This document shows positions 11,829-24,500 of a stretch of DNA of 64,000 nt, piece by piece. The position numbers and the translations under genes are program-made. The DNA is taken from contig JAPDFW010000022.1 in NCBI GenBank assembly GCA_028826165.1, forward strand, positions 690,758 through 754,757, written 5' to 3'. The notes below the pieces were generated by a model, which saw only the letters and a program-made list of their open reading frames with translations, had not been told where the DNA came from and ran no database searches. Source of the DNA: Anaeramoeba ignava BMAN. Its lineage: Eukaryota; Protista; Anaeramoebae. Each line of letters begins with the position of its first letter. Positions within the stretch are counted from its first letter, which is position 1.

Positions 11829-13713
11829 ATGGGATCTTCTCTTAAAAAACTTTTTAAAAAAAAACAAACTTCATTATTAATGGTAGGTCTTGATTCAGCA
11901 GGAAAAACAACAGTTTTAAATTGGTTAAAATCAGGTGTTAAAACAGATACAGAACCAACTATTGGTATTTATTCTCAATTTTTGAATAAAAATAAAATTC
12001 ATTTATAAAATTAAAATTAAAATTAAAATTAAAATTCATTTATAAAATTATAATTATAGTTTAAAATTAATATTAAAATTATAATCAAAATTCATTTATA
12101 TAATTAAAATTAAAATTAAAATTAATATTAAAATTAAATTTAAAAATTAAAATTAAAATTAAAATTAATATTAAAATTAAATTTAAAAATTAAAATTAAA
12201 ATTAATATTAATATTTAAATTAAAATTAAAATTAAAATTTAAATTAATATTAAAATTCATTTATAAAATTCATTTATAAAATTAATATTAAAATTCATTT
12301 ATAAAATTAAAATTAATATTAAAATTAAAATTAAAATTAAATATTAAAATTAATATTTAAAATTAATATTAAAATTAAAATTAAAATTAAAATTAATATT
12401 AAAATTAATATTAAAATTCATTTATAAAAATTAAAATTAATATTAAAATTATAATCAAAATTCATTTATAAAATTAAAATTAAAATTAAAAATTCATTTA
12501 TAAAATTAAAATTAAAATTAATATTTAAATTAAAATTAAAAATTAAAATTTATATTAAAATTCATTTATAAAATTAAAATTAAAATTAATATTAAAATTC
12601 ATTTATAAAATTAAAATCAAAATTAATATTCATTTATAAAATTCATTTATAAAATTAAAATTAAAATTAAAATTAAAATTAAAATTAAAATTAAAATTAA
12701 AATTAAAAATTAAAATTAAAATTAAAATTAAAATTAAAATTAAAATTAAAATTAAAATTAAAATTAATATTAAAATTCATTTATAAAATTAAAATTAATA
12801 TTAAAATTAATATTAAAATTAAAATTAAAATTAAAATTAAAAATTAAAATTAAAATTAATATTGAAATTAAATTTAAAATTCATTTATAAAATTATAATT
12901 AAAAATTTAAATTAAAATTAAAATTAAAATTTAAATTAATATTAAAATTCATTTATAAAATTCATTTATAAAATTAATATTAAAATTCATTTATAAAATT
13001 AAAATTAATATTAAAATTAAAATTAAAATTAAATATTAAAATTAATATTAAAATTAAAATTAAAATTAAAATTAAAATTAAAATTAAAATTAAAATTAAA
13101 ATTAAAATTAAAATTAAAATTAAAATTAAAATTAAAATTAAAATTAAAATTAAAATTAAAATTAAAATTAATATTAAAATTCAAATTAAAATTTAAAATT
13201 AAAATTATAATTAAAATTCATTTATAAAATTAATATTAAAATTCATTTATAAAATTCATTTATAAAATTAAAATTAAAATCAAAATGAAAATTAAAATTA
13301 AATTTAAAGGTTTTAGTGTTGAAACAATAAAATATCATAAATTAACACTTCGAGTGTGGGATATGGGAGGACAAGATAAAATCCGACCATTATGGGCACA
13401 CTATTACAAATCAGCAAAAGGAATAATATTCGTAATTGCAAGCGATGAACCACAAAGATTTGAAGAAGCAAATCTTGAGCTTCAAAAGATGTTAAATAAT
13501 GAAGATTTAGGTCCAGTTCCTCTTCTTGTTTTTGCAAATAAACAAGACTTACCTAAAGCAGAAAGTACTGATGCTATCTCACGTAAATTAAATCTTGGAT
13601 CATTGAATAATAGAGAGTGGTTCATACAAAAAACTTCAGCTATTTCCGGTGATGGTATTTATGAAGGTCTAAGTTGGCTCTCAAATCTCCTCTCAAAAAA
13701 GAATGAAAAATAA
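11829..13713 (+). CDS. Arf-family small GTPase, 2 exons
   Basis: MGSS N-terminus (Gly2 myristoylation site), [13 protein letters not shown]|[23 protein letters not shown] and TSA motifs. Intron 11965-13309 is filled with (AAAATT)n. Confidence 0.93.
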
Positions 13714-13966
13714 TTTTTGATCCAAAAAAAAAATGAGAAAAAAATTTTTCACGTTTTTTTTTCACTTTTTTTTTTTCTTTTTTCTTTTGATCTTTTTTTA
13801 AATTTTTTTTTTACTTCATTTAGAGAAAAAGTTGTTAAAATAAACTAAATTCAAAAAACTTAAAAATCTAAAAGAAAAATTTTTTAATTTTTTAATTTTT
13901 TCATTTTTTTATTTTTCATTTTTCATTTTTTTCCTTTTTTTATTTTTTATTTTTTTTATTTTTTTT

Positions 13967-14693
13967 ATGAATCGAAAACAAAATAAAACACCAACTAAAT
14001 CTAAAACAAAGGAACATTTCCAATTATATGTTTTAGGTCCTCATAGAAATTTCCATAAAAAATTAAATAAATTAGAAAATTCAAATGAAAATCTAAGACA
14101 TTTTCTTATAAATAGTTCACCTAAATTGGATTCGCAACAATTTATTGATTTAAATTATGGGTTTTATAAAATAAATGAAAATTCAAATCAAAATTCAAAT
14201 CAAAATTCAATTCAAAATTTAAATCAAAATTTAAATGAAAATTCAAATCAAAATTCAATTCAAAAAATAAATGAAAATTTAAATGAAAATTCAATTCAAA
14301 ATTTAAATCAAAATTTAAATGAAAATTTAAATCAAAAAATAAATGAAAATTTAAATGAAAATTCAATTCAAAATTTAAATCAAAATTTAAATCAAAATTT
14401 AAATGAAAAAAGGTAATTGATTCAACTTAAAAAAAATAACTTTTTTTCCGATTTTAAATTATTTTTTTACTTCATAAAAATATTATTTTAGTAAATCTTT
14501 GGAAAATGAAGATTTATTAAGCAAAGATGATTTATGTCGAATTTGTTTTGTAAATAAAAGAAGTTGTGCTTTTATTCCTTGTGGACATTATTATACTTGT
14601 GAACAATGCGCTTTAAATGAAATACAAAAAGAAGAAAGAAAATGTCCATTTTGTAATACTAGAATTGATAAATTATTAAGAATTTATGATTAA
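13967..14693 (+). CDS. Small C3HC4 RING-finger protein (IAP/MDM2-type RING at C-terminus), 2 exons
   Basis: CRIC...FIPCGHYYTCEQC...CPFCNTRIDKLLRIY. Intron about 14413-14491 joins an N/Q-rich first exon. Confidence 0.8.
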
Positions 14694-14761
14694 AAAAAGT
14701 GGATCAAAATTTTTATTTGTTTTTTATTTTTAAAAGGAATTTTTTTTCATTAAAATTTTTT

Positions 14762-16611
14762 CTATTTTATTGTTTGATTAACTTTTTTAATCTTTAATTG
14801 TTTTTGGAAATTTTTGAATGAATTGAGTTGAAAAAAATCATCGAAAGTTGATAATTCTTGAATAATTTCATCTTCTAAATCATTTGGAAAAGAATCTGTA
14901 TAAAAATATTCAATTAAAGATTGAATTGATTGAAATTTTGAATTTGTATAATCATGAACTTTATTTGAAGAGTCTTGCACATTAATAAACATTCCTCTGA
15001 ACAATTCACTTCGTGCAATCAATATAACTTTATGCGCTCTAATATCTTTATCTTGTGAAATTATTGAAAAGTCTTTAGTTTCATTATCAAAATATAGGTT
15101 TTGAAGATCTTGTTGAATTCCTTTATAATGTGATTTTGCATAAATTTCTTCTTCATTAAATCCAACTTTTATCAACAATTCCCAGATATCTCGTGTTAAT
15201 ATCCCCGAATATATCCATTTCACAATTTTTTCTCCGTTTTTTTTATCAATTTTCTTCAAATCATCCTTCAATAAAATTGAACGATCTTTTCCAATTCTCA
15301 TCAAGAAAATAAGAGAATGAATAGATTTTTTCCCATCTTCAAAAAATACAAGATCATCACAACAATCCTCTCTTTGGAATAAATTGAGCATATCTATGAT
15401 TAAGGGTTTATGGGGATGAGAAAAAACATATGAATTTAAAAGACCAGAATAAACTATTAAATGATTTTCATAATTAAGATCTTGGATAATCAATTTTTGA
15501 GGAGAATCAAAGGAAGTAAACGGTGATTCTTGTGCTAATTGATAATTTGAGTTATTTCCCCAAACAAAAATCTCATTCAATTCATTTAAAGCAAGTGAAT
15601 GAGAACTTCCAGAAGAAATTTGGATAATATTTTCTTCAAGAAACTCAGGAATTTTAGTGAATGAACAAATTCTATCTTCTAAATCTTTGATTAATCTTGT
15701 ATCATTGAAATTTGTAGTATAAACTTGACCAAATCCTTTTTCTTTAGCAAGAATTAAAGAGAATTGAGATCCACATTGAATATCAATTATTTGAACTTTT
15801 TCATAAGGAAATGGAACAAGTTTTGCAATTGAAGTTGATTCAAATGAGTTTGTCCCAAGTTGACCATTTTGATTTTCTCCAGCTGCATATATTTTATTAT
15901 CATTTGTTATTACAAGATAGTGATGAGAATCTTGACCAGAGAAAACTCTTTTAACATTTTTGAAAATTGGTTTCCAAGTCAAGATATGTTTATATTCTAA
16001 ATAATATAAATATTCATTATAAATATTCTAAATAAATAATATAAATATTATAAATATTCACCTAAATCTTCTATTGAACTAAATTCAGTTATTCCAAAAT
16101 GAAATAGAATCCCTTTTTCATCAACAATATAATAATCTCCAATTCCACAAACAATATCAATAACTCCTCCATTTGGAAATTGAACAAGTTTTTGGAAAGT
16201 TTTTTTACCTAAACTCTTTTCTTGAATACACAAATCTTCTCCCCAAAAATAAACAACATTTTCTTCTGTTAAACCAATAAATGTTGTTATTCCTGAACTA
16301 ATTTTTTTAAATTTGATTTTTGGGCTCATTTCAAAATAGTTTTTTTCAGTTAATTCTCCACAAATTATCATTTGATCATCAAAACCCAAAAAACAATCAC
16401 TTAAAAGATTAGATCTTATATTTTTAATAAAACCACCAGGAAATATTGAAAAAGATTTTGGAATCCAAAATTTTCTTTCTGATTTATTTTTGGAAAGATT
16501 GCTTGTCCAACTTTTTTATTGTTTTAATTTTTAATTTTTAATTTTTCTTTTTTCTTGTTTAATTTTTAATAAGATTTAAATTATTTACCCCCAATTAAAG
16601 TTATTAGTCAT
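14762..16611 (-). CDS. RCC1/BLIP-II repeat plus tandem BTB/POZ domain protein, 3 exons
   Basis: RCC1-type motifs (AAGENQNGQLG, QISSGSSHSLAL, WGNNSNYQLA) followed by BTB motifs (KDFSI...AHKVILIARSELFRGMF, LIEYFYTD). ATG at 16611 with a short first exon. Confidence 0.85.
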
Positions 16612-16703
16612 TTTAAAAACACAAACAAACAAAAAAAAGAGAGAAAAAAATAATTAATTTTTTCATTTTCATTTTTTCAATTTTCATTTTTTATTCTATT
16701 TTA

Positions 16704-18791
16704 ATGACTTCACAAAATTTCCCAAAAGAAAATTTACCACAAGAAATAGATATACAAAATTTACTTACAAAAACACAAATTCAAGTGATAATTCCATATA
16801 AATTTACAGGAAATCCAATTGAAGATCTATTTTCAAAATCAAGAAACTTTATTCTTCCTCAAGAAAATTTGAAATTCTATCTTGTTATCAATAAACCTTC
16901 TTTTAAATCCAAAAAGAAACCAGAAAATACAATTCTTGAAGATTTATGGTGTGATTTTTTCAAGTCAATTTCTATCAAAATCAGTTCAAATATTTCTTTT
17001 AGCGAACATTTATTTCATCAACATTTTTCTTCTTCTTCTTCTTCTTTGCAAAAAAGATATTCTGATTCATATGCAAATCCGCCAAATTTAATATTTGATT
17101 CCGCAAAATTATCAAGAAACATTACTCAATTATCATCTGATTCAAAATTTTTTTCAAATAGTGAAAATACTCAACTTTTTCATTCTCCAAATGATTCTGA
17201 AAATTCTATTAATAAACTTTTTGAGGAAAATACAACACAAGATAAAGGAAATAAACGGAATCCACAGAGAAAAATTCCTCGTGAAATGAGTCCAAGATCT
17301 AATTTGAGGTCAAATAAGGATGAGATGAAAAATATTAATTTATTAATTGATCAAAATGAAAATGAAAATGAATTTGAAAATGAAAATGAAAATCAAAATC
17401 AAAATCAAAATCAAAATCAAAAAAAAATTTACAACGAATCAACAAAATCAAATATTTATATTCTTTCATCAGATATAAAGAAAAACCAATATATTCTTTC
17501 AAATGAAGATATTGTATACATTTTAGAAACAAAAATTAATGTTGGAATGCAACTCTCAACAAATGCAAATGTTGTGATAAATATTGATATGTATACTAAA
17601 ACATTCCCATTAATTTCATCTATATTTCGACAAGGAATAGATTTCAATATTGATCCTCATTCATTCCAAAATTTACAACTCAAAAAAATAATTCAAACTT
17701 TCATCCCAAATTCAGATCACAAAAAAATTATAAATTATACAGAATCACCAAGAAAAATGATAGATAATATATATCGAGACAATAATATTCTTTCTAACCA
17801 TTTTCACCAATCTTTTTTATTAAAACAACCGCTGAAAATTCAGTTTTTCTCAAATTATATTGGCGAATTTAATTTAGTTTCAGTTAAAATTATGAACCGT
17901 GATCAAAATCACGAAATCGAAATCAAAAAAATCAATATCGACTTGAGTTCAACAAGAAACGAAATAACAAAAGCTCCAAAACCAAAACCAAAACCAAAAA
18001 TAAACATCTATCAAAATCATTTTGCAAGAAATGTTCTTTCATTTTCTCTTGGTGATTCTTCTTTATCTCAATTCCTGAATGAATATTTTCAAGTTGTCCA
18101 AATTCATCCTCCTTCAAAATCCAAATTGAATTCTCTTTTGAATAAAAATATACAAGAAAACTTGAACCAAAATTCAATCACAAAATCCAATAAGAAAATC
18201 ATTTTAAAACCAAAAGAAAAAATCACATGTTTATTCAAAATTATTCCCAAACCAAAATCCAAAAATATTCATGAAATTCAAGGAAAATTTTGTTCATTAG
18301 TTGATATCGAATGGTCATTTGAAAATTTACCAGATAGTTTAGTTTCGAAATATGAAATAAAATGGGAAATTCCAGAAAAAGAAAAATTTAAGTTGCAAAT
18401 AAGAAAACCTGAAATTGTTGAAAAAAATGAGTTATTCAAAGCAAATGTTGAGGTTATTAACAACGGAGGAAATTACCGCCGTTTTTCTATTTTAATCCCA
18501 TTAGAAAAAGATTCAGAAAATCAAATTCAAACTCAATCTTCTGATCAAAGTTTCCAAAATAATGATCAAGATGAATCCAACAAAAAAATCAATGAGCCCA
18601 ATAAAAATAGTATTGGAATCATCTGTTTAGATTCCTCTAAAGAAATTGACATCAATCCTTATCAAACTTCTTCAATAAATTTGCGTTTTTTAGCAATTAA
18701 TTCTGGTTATCATTCTTTTTGTATTAAATTAATGGATCAAGAATCTAATCGAATTTTAATTTCTCAAAATTGTCAAATTTACATAAATTAA
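16704..18791 (+). CDS. Probable TRAPPII subunit, Trs65/TRAPPC14-like (695 aa, single exon)
   Basis: Long clean ORF. The C-terminal beta-rich segment GIICLDSSKEIDINPYQTSSINLRFLAINSGYHSFCIKLMD resembles the Trs65/TRAPPC14 C-terminus as recalled; not searched. Confidence 0.5.
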   Translation: MTSQNFPKENLPQEIDIQNLLTKTQIQVIIPYKFTGNPIEDLFSKSRNFILPQENLKFYLVINKPSFKSKKKPENTILEDLWCDFFKSISIKISSNISFSEHLFHQHFSSSSSSLQKRYSDSYANPPNLIFDSAKLSRNITQLSSDSKFFSNSENTQLFHSPNDSENSINKLFEENTTQDKGNKRNPQRKIPREMSPRSNLRSNKDEMKNINLLIDQNENENEFENENENQNQNQNQNQKKIYNESTKSNIYILSSDIKKNQYILSNEDIVYILETKINVGMQLSTNANVVINIDMYTKTFPLISSIFRQGIDFNIDPHSFQNLQLKKIIQTFIPNSDHKKIINYTESPRKMIDNIYRDNNILSNHFHQSFLLKQPLKIQFFSNYIGEFNLVSVKIMNRDQNHEIEIKKINIDLSSTRNEITKAPKPKPKPKINIYQNHFARNVLSFSLGDSSLSQFLNEYFQVVQIHPPSKSKLNSLLNKNIQENLNQNSITKSNKKIILKPKEKITCLFKIIPKPKSKNIHEIQGKFCSLVDIEWSFENLPDSLVSKYEIKWEIPEKEKFKLQIRKPEIVEKNELFKANVEVINNGGNYRRFSILIPLEKDSENQIQTQSSDQSFQNNDQDESNKKINEPNKNSIGIICLDSSKEIDINPYQTSSINLRFLAINSGYHSFCIKLMDQESNRILISQNCQIYIN

Positions 18792-18954
18792 TTCCTCAAT
18801 TTTTCATCAAAGAAAATTAACGGAAGAAAAAAAATTTTTTTTTTTTTGGGAAACAAAAAAACTTTTCCAAAAAAAAAAATTATTAAAAAACAAATTTTTT
18901 TTCAATTTATTTTTTTTCATTTTTTTCATTTCTTTCTTTTTTAACAAATATAAA

Positions 18955-20618
18955 ATGAATCAAAAAATTATTAACCAAGAAAAAAAAATTCTTGTGGATT
19001 TTATTAATCAAACTTTGCAAAATGATGAATCAATTTATGAAAGAATTCCAATTTCAGAAACAAATAATGAACTTTTTGAAAAAATTAATGATGGAATTCT
19101 TCTTTCGTAAAATTATAATTAAAACTATAATTTAAATTTAAATTAAAAATTAATTATCCGTTTTAGAAAAATCATTTACAAATTCTTTCCTGAAAAAATT
19201 GAAATCAAAAAATTGAAAATCAAAAAAAGAATGAATAAATTCGAAATTCTTTCCAATTTAAAATTTGTTCTTGATTCTGCTTCAAAAATAGGATGTTCAA
19301 TTGTTAATATTGCGCCTCTTGATTTATATGATCAAAATCACAGTTTAATTTTAGGTTTAATTAGGCAGATCATGAGGAAATGTGAAGAAAAATCAGATAC
19401 AAAAAAACCAAAAACAGAAAAAAAACTGCCAATTAAACAAAAACCAGAAATTCAATCAAAATTACAAAAAAAGCAAGAAATAAAACCAATTCAAAATAGA
19501 GGCAAAAGTTATAAAGAAATTGAACCAGATTCTAATTTAAAAAATCAAAATATAAAGCAAGAAAATTCGGACATTTCCAAACATCAACAATTCATTGATT
19601 TTCTTTTTTCACAAGAACAAGAATCAATTTCTTCTGACGGAAATAATTCTGATGAAGAACAGGATTATCTTTTACCGCCAGATAATATGATTATTAATTG
19701 GATAAATTCACAATTACAAAATCATGGATTTTTTCGAAAAGTGAAAAATTTAACTTTAGATCTTCAAGTAAAAACAAAAAGAAAACAAAAAGAAAATTTT
19801 TATATTATTTTCTGATTTGGTTATTCTGTTAAAATTTCTTTAAAAAGGATTCAATAATTCTATTCAAACTTTTGAGTTTTTTTGGTTCAAATGAAATGAA
19901 TAATTTTCACAATGAAAGTATTGAAAAAAGAGCAGAAATTGTTATTAAACAAGCACAAAAAGTAAAAAAAAGAAAAACGAAAAACTCTTTTTAATTTAAT
20001 TTAAATTCAAAAAACTGAAAAATTTTTTTAAAAAAAAAAAGATTGGAATTAGAGTATTAATTTCACCTAAAGATATTTATGAATGTAATCAAAAACAAAT
20101 CAAATCATTCATTTCTCAACTTTTTGTTGCTTTTCCAGTTATTGAACCAATTCCAGAAAAAAAGGAAAATCTTGAAAAAAATAATAATAATTTTAATAAT
20201 AATTTTAATAATAATTTTAATAATAATAATAATAATATTTCAGAAATGTTCCAATCTTTTCAATATAAAATTAATAAATTAAATGAAGAACATGCAAATT
20301 TATCCTCAACTTTAAAAAATTTAGAAACACAAGTAAATTTTTTTTTAATCCACTTTTTTTCCATTTTAAATTTTAATCCATTTTTATTTTTATTTTTAAA
20401 TTAATTTTTATTTTTATTTTTAGCTTGTTGAAGAAGAAAAAGAAAGTAAAGAATGGGAAAAAAATTTAATTGAAATGGGAAATAAAATTATTAATCAATC
20501 TTCAATTTCTGAACAACAAAGATTAAGAAAAATAATGAATAAAAAATTAGAAAAAATTGAAAATGAAAATGAAAATGAAAATGAAAATGAAAATGAGAAT
20601 GAAAATGAAAATTTTTGA
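18955..20618 (+). CDS. Fimbrin/plastin-related calponin-homology protein (one CH pair plus coiled coil), about 5 exons
   Basis: EKKILVDFINQTL...LFEKINDGILLS|KII...NKFEILSNL...SASKIGCSIVNI...LILGLIRQI resembles fimbrin CH1. LPPDNMIINWINSQL...VKNLTLDLQ|DS resembles CH2. Confidence 0.75.
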
Positions 20619-20694
20619 AATTTGAAATTGAGAATTTTGTGATCTTATTTTTTTTATTTTTATTTTTTTTTAAAGAAAAGAAAATAAAAGAAAC

Positions 20695-21525
20695 CTTGAT
20701 TTTAATTTTAATTTTGAATTTGATTTTAAATTTGATTTTAAATTTGATTTTGATTTTGATTTTGATTTTGATTTTAATTTTGATTTTAATTTTAATTTTA
20801 ATTTGAATTGAATTTTAAATTGAATTTGATTTTAATTTGATTTTGAATTTGATTTTGATTTTGATTTTGAATTTGATTTTTAATTTAATTTTAAATTTGA
20901 TTTTGATTTTGATTTTGATTTTGATTTTGATTTTGAATTTGATTTTGATTTTGATTTTAAATTTAATTTTGATTTTGATTTGATTTTGAATTTGATTTTT
21001 AATTTAATTTTGATTTTGATTTTAATTTTAAATTTTAATTGATTTTGAATTTGATTTTGAATTTAATTTTGAATTTAAATTTTAATTTTAAATTTTAATT
21101 GATTTTGATTTTAAATTTGATTTTGAATTTGATTTTAAATTTGATTTTGATTTTGAATTTAATTTTGATTTTAATTTGATTTTAATTGAATTTGATTTTA
21201 AATTTGATTTTGAATTTAATTTTGATTTTAATTTTGAATTTAATTTTGATTTTGAATTTAATTTTGATTTTAAAATTGATTTTGAATTGAATTTGGATTT
21301 TGATTTTTTAATTTGATTTGATTTTGAATTTGATTTTTAATTTAATTTTGATTTTGATTTTAATTTTAAATTTTTAATTTGATTTTGAATTTGATTTTGA
21401 TTTTGGATTTGATTTTAATTTTAAATTGAATTTTTAATTTTAATTTTGAATTTAATTTTTAATTGAATTTAATTTTTAATTGAATTTTAATTTTAATTTG
21501 ATTTTGAATTTGATTTTGAATTTGG
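20695..21525. repeat. Intergenic (TTTTGA/TTTTAA/TTTGAA)n hexamer array between convergent genes
   Basis: About 830 bp of degenerate hexamers. Its right end runs into the last codons (SKSNSKSN) of the minus-strand gene. Confidence 0.85.
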
Positions 21526-24500
21526 ATTTGTAGTATAGTTAATCCTATATTCGCAATAAAATTGAGAATCTTTGGGAACAATAAAATGAGAGAATTTATT
21601 TTTTGGAAGTTTATTTTCGAGTAAAGGATTTTGAGGAGCTAATCTGATAAAACAAGCACTATTATATCCAAGATTTCTCAAGTCATGATCATTTTTAAAT
21701 TGATAAAAAGGAATATCTTCATCCAAAGGCATAAGATTTCCCAAAGAAACACGAGAAAGAAAAAGAGTGCGAGAAGTGGTTACATTATCTTCATTATCTC
21801 CTAAAATATCAACAGAGGCAACATGATTTGCAACTGCGAAATTATTGAAGAACGAATAAAAACCAGGGAAATTGAATGAATGATAATAAGAAGGAAGATT
21901 TAGATCATCAGAAAATTTCACGTTTTCGAAACGTTTCCCATAAAACAAGTAATTTTCATTGATTTTTTTGTTGAGAGGAAAACCAATTTTCTGAGAAACG
22001 GGTGAAAATGTTGATTGCTCTTTTTCAAATTGGATGTTGTTATTTGTGTAGGACACCCATTTGGATACGTTTTTGATTCGAGTGATGCTGGTTATTTTGA
22101 AAGAGGGAGTTAATCCGTTGAAAAGACAATCAAAAGAAGAAAAAATTATATTGCAAACTTTGCCGAATTCTTGTGATTCTTCATCCAATTTAATTTCATC
22201 TTCATAATTGAATAGTTGGCTATTTTTCAATTCCATATGGATATCTGACTTATTATTATTATTGTTATTGTTATTATTATTATTATTCTTTCCAAGATCT
22301 TGCTCTTTTGGGAAATCTCTGAACTCATTGTTAGAAAATATAGTTAATTTTGATAAATTTTCGAGTGTTGTTGTGTCGTGTGGTTCTACAATAGTTTTAA
22401 ATAACTCATGTTGATCGCTAAGTTCTTCGAAAAAATTAACTAAACCTTTTAATTTACTTTTTTCTACAGCCTCCAGTTCAAGTTGCTTTGATTCTGGAAC
22501 TCGTTCAAATGCTGTGAAAGAGAAACGGATTTTGAAATTATGAAGATTTCCGATTATAACATTTGCTCCTTGAGAAAAATCAACGAAAATAGAGCTTAGA
22601 GGAAGTTTTGAGAAATGGATATTTTTCAATGATAAAGATTGAAGTGCTTGAATAATTTGAGCCACAAATCGAAATAACAATTGATTATTAGTGTTCTTAT
22701 CAACGAAATCTTTCAAAGTGGTTTCGTAATAGGGCAAGGAAATTACCCAATTATTCTCGAATTCAGAAATGTATTCCAACTTGATAAAATTTGGATGATC
22801 AATCAAAATGAATGGGATAAGATAGCTTATTTTATCAGTCAAGAAAAACATTTTTTTCTTTTCTTTGGAAATTAAAAGCTCGTTTAAATTTTTTTGTTTG
22901 GATTGGATTTGTGATAGAACTTCTTTATCTGGGAATTCTTTCTTATAAAATTTCAATGTTCTAATTTCTTCCGGATTTTGATAATATGTTCCAAAAACGG
23001 AAAAGAAAGTAACTTTTCTTCTCAAAGCATTGAGAATCTGTAGAATTTTCTTTGAAATTATTGTATAATGAGCGCTAAGTTCTTGGATATTAATCTCATT
23101 TGGTTTGGTTTCTCCAAGTGCGCTGATTGTTTTTGCAATTTGTGAGAAATCGAGAATGTTAGAAAGCCAAGTTTTTGTTTCGGATAACTCGAAGTTCTTC
23201 ATTAAGGAATTCCAAAAGTGAATTTGAGTGTTGAATTCATTAAAAACAGTAATTTCGTTTGTATTGATTTTGGGATTTTCGTTCTTAATTGTGGAATTTA
23301 TTTTTTTCAAATTCAAAATACTTGTTATCATCAAGTCGCACATATCGATTTCTTTGTCGATAAATCGGTATGTATTATTTTTGAATTGTTTGATCTTTTC
23401 AGAGAGTTTTAAATTTTTTATCCTCTTGTATAATTGTTGTAAATGAAATATTGATGCGCTTATATAATTAAGATTAATCCAAAAACTTACTTCTTCAATT
23501 TTTGGGGTATTTTCTTCCTTTTTCTCTGAGAATTTTGTGATTATTTGATCAATGGATTTCATTAGATCTTTTGTTCGGGTTTCTTGGGGTTGGTTTGAAT
23601 CTTTGTTTTCTGGGTTTTTTTCTTTCAAAGTGTTGAAAGATAGCAAAATGTCAGGATTGATAACATTACTTGGATTTGGAAATGAATCCCAAAAATTATC
23701 TTTTAATAGAAAATCTTCTTGGAACTTTGTTTTGTTGTGGATATTTCTGTTTATGGAATCGATATCTCCATGTATTATACCTGTCGTATCAGTCAAAAAA
23801 CCTATATATTCCTCTTGTGTTTTTTTGTTTTGTTGAGACTCTTTTGATTTTTCAAGGATTTCATACTCAAATATGCTGTGCTTAATTAAAGAGAAAAGGC
23901 CAACAATTCCGTTTTTTGTATTTTTTTGTATTTCTTGAAGTAATTTCTCATCCTTTTGTTCTGCTTTCTTCTCTTCTTTGATATAGTTATATTTTTCAAA
24001 ATAGTTATCTTTTTTATATTCATATTCAATTGATTTATCTTTTTCGGATTCACTATCTGATAAGTCACTTTCATAACTATCTGTACTTACAGAGGAAAAA
24101 GATGATTCCTTACTTTTTTTATTTTTTTGATTTTGATTCTTTTTTGATGTTTGATTTTTTTTTCCATCATTTTTTCCATCTTTTTTTGAATCTTTTTTTG
24201 AATTTTTTTTTCCATCATTTTTTGGATTTTTTTTTTCAACTTTTTTTTCAACTTTTTTTGGATTTTTTTTGTCATCTTTTTTTGAATCTTTTTTGTCAAC
24301 TTTTTTTGAATCTTTTTTTCCATCTTTTTTTGAATCTTTTTTGTCAACTTTTTTTGGATTTTTTTTTCCATCATTTTTTGGATTTTTTTTTGAATCTTTT
24401 TTGTCAACTTTTTTTTCAACTTTTTTTTCAACTTTTTTTGGATCACTATCACTTTCGCTACTAGTATCTATTTCACTATCTGTTTCACTATCACTATCAC

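Noticed and set aside
14762-16611. RCC1-BTB gene as a novel system
   Set aside because: This is a known architecture (RCBTB/IBTK-like) and nothing in this copy distinguishes it.
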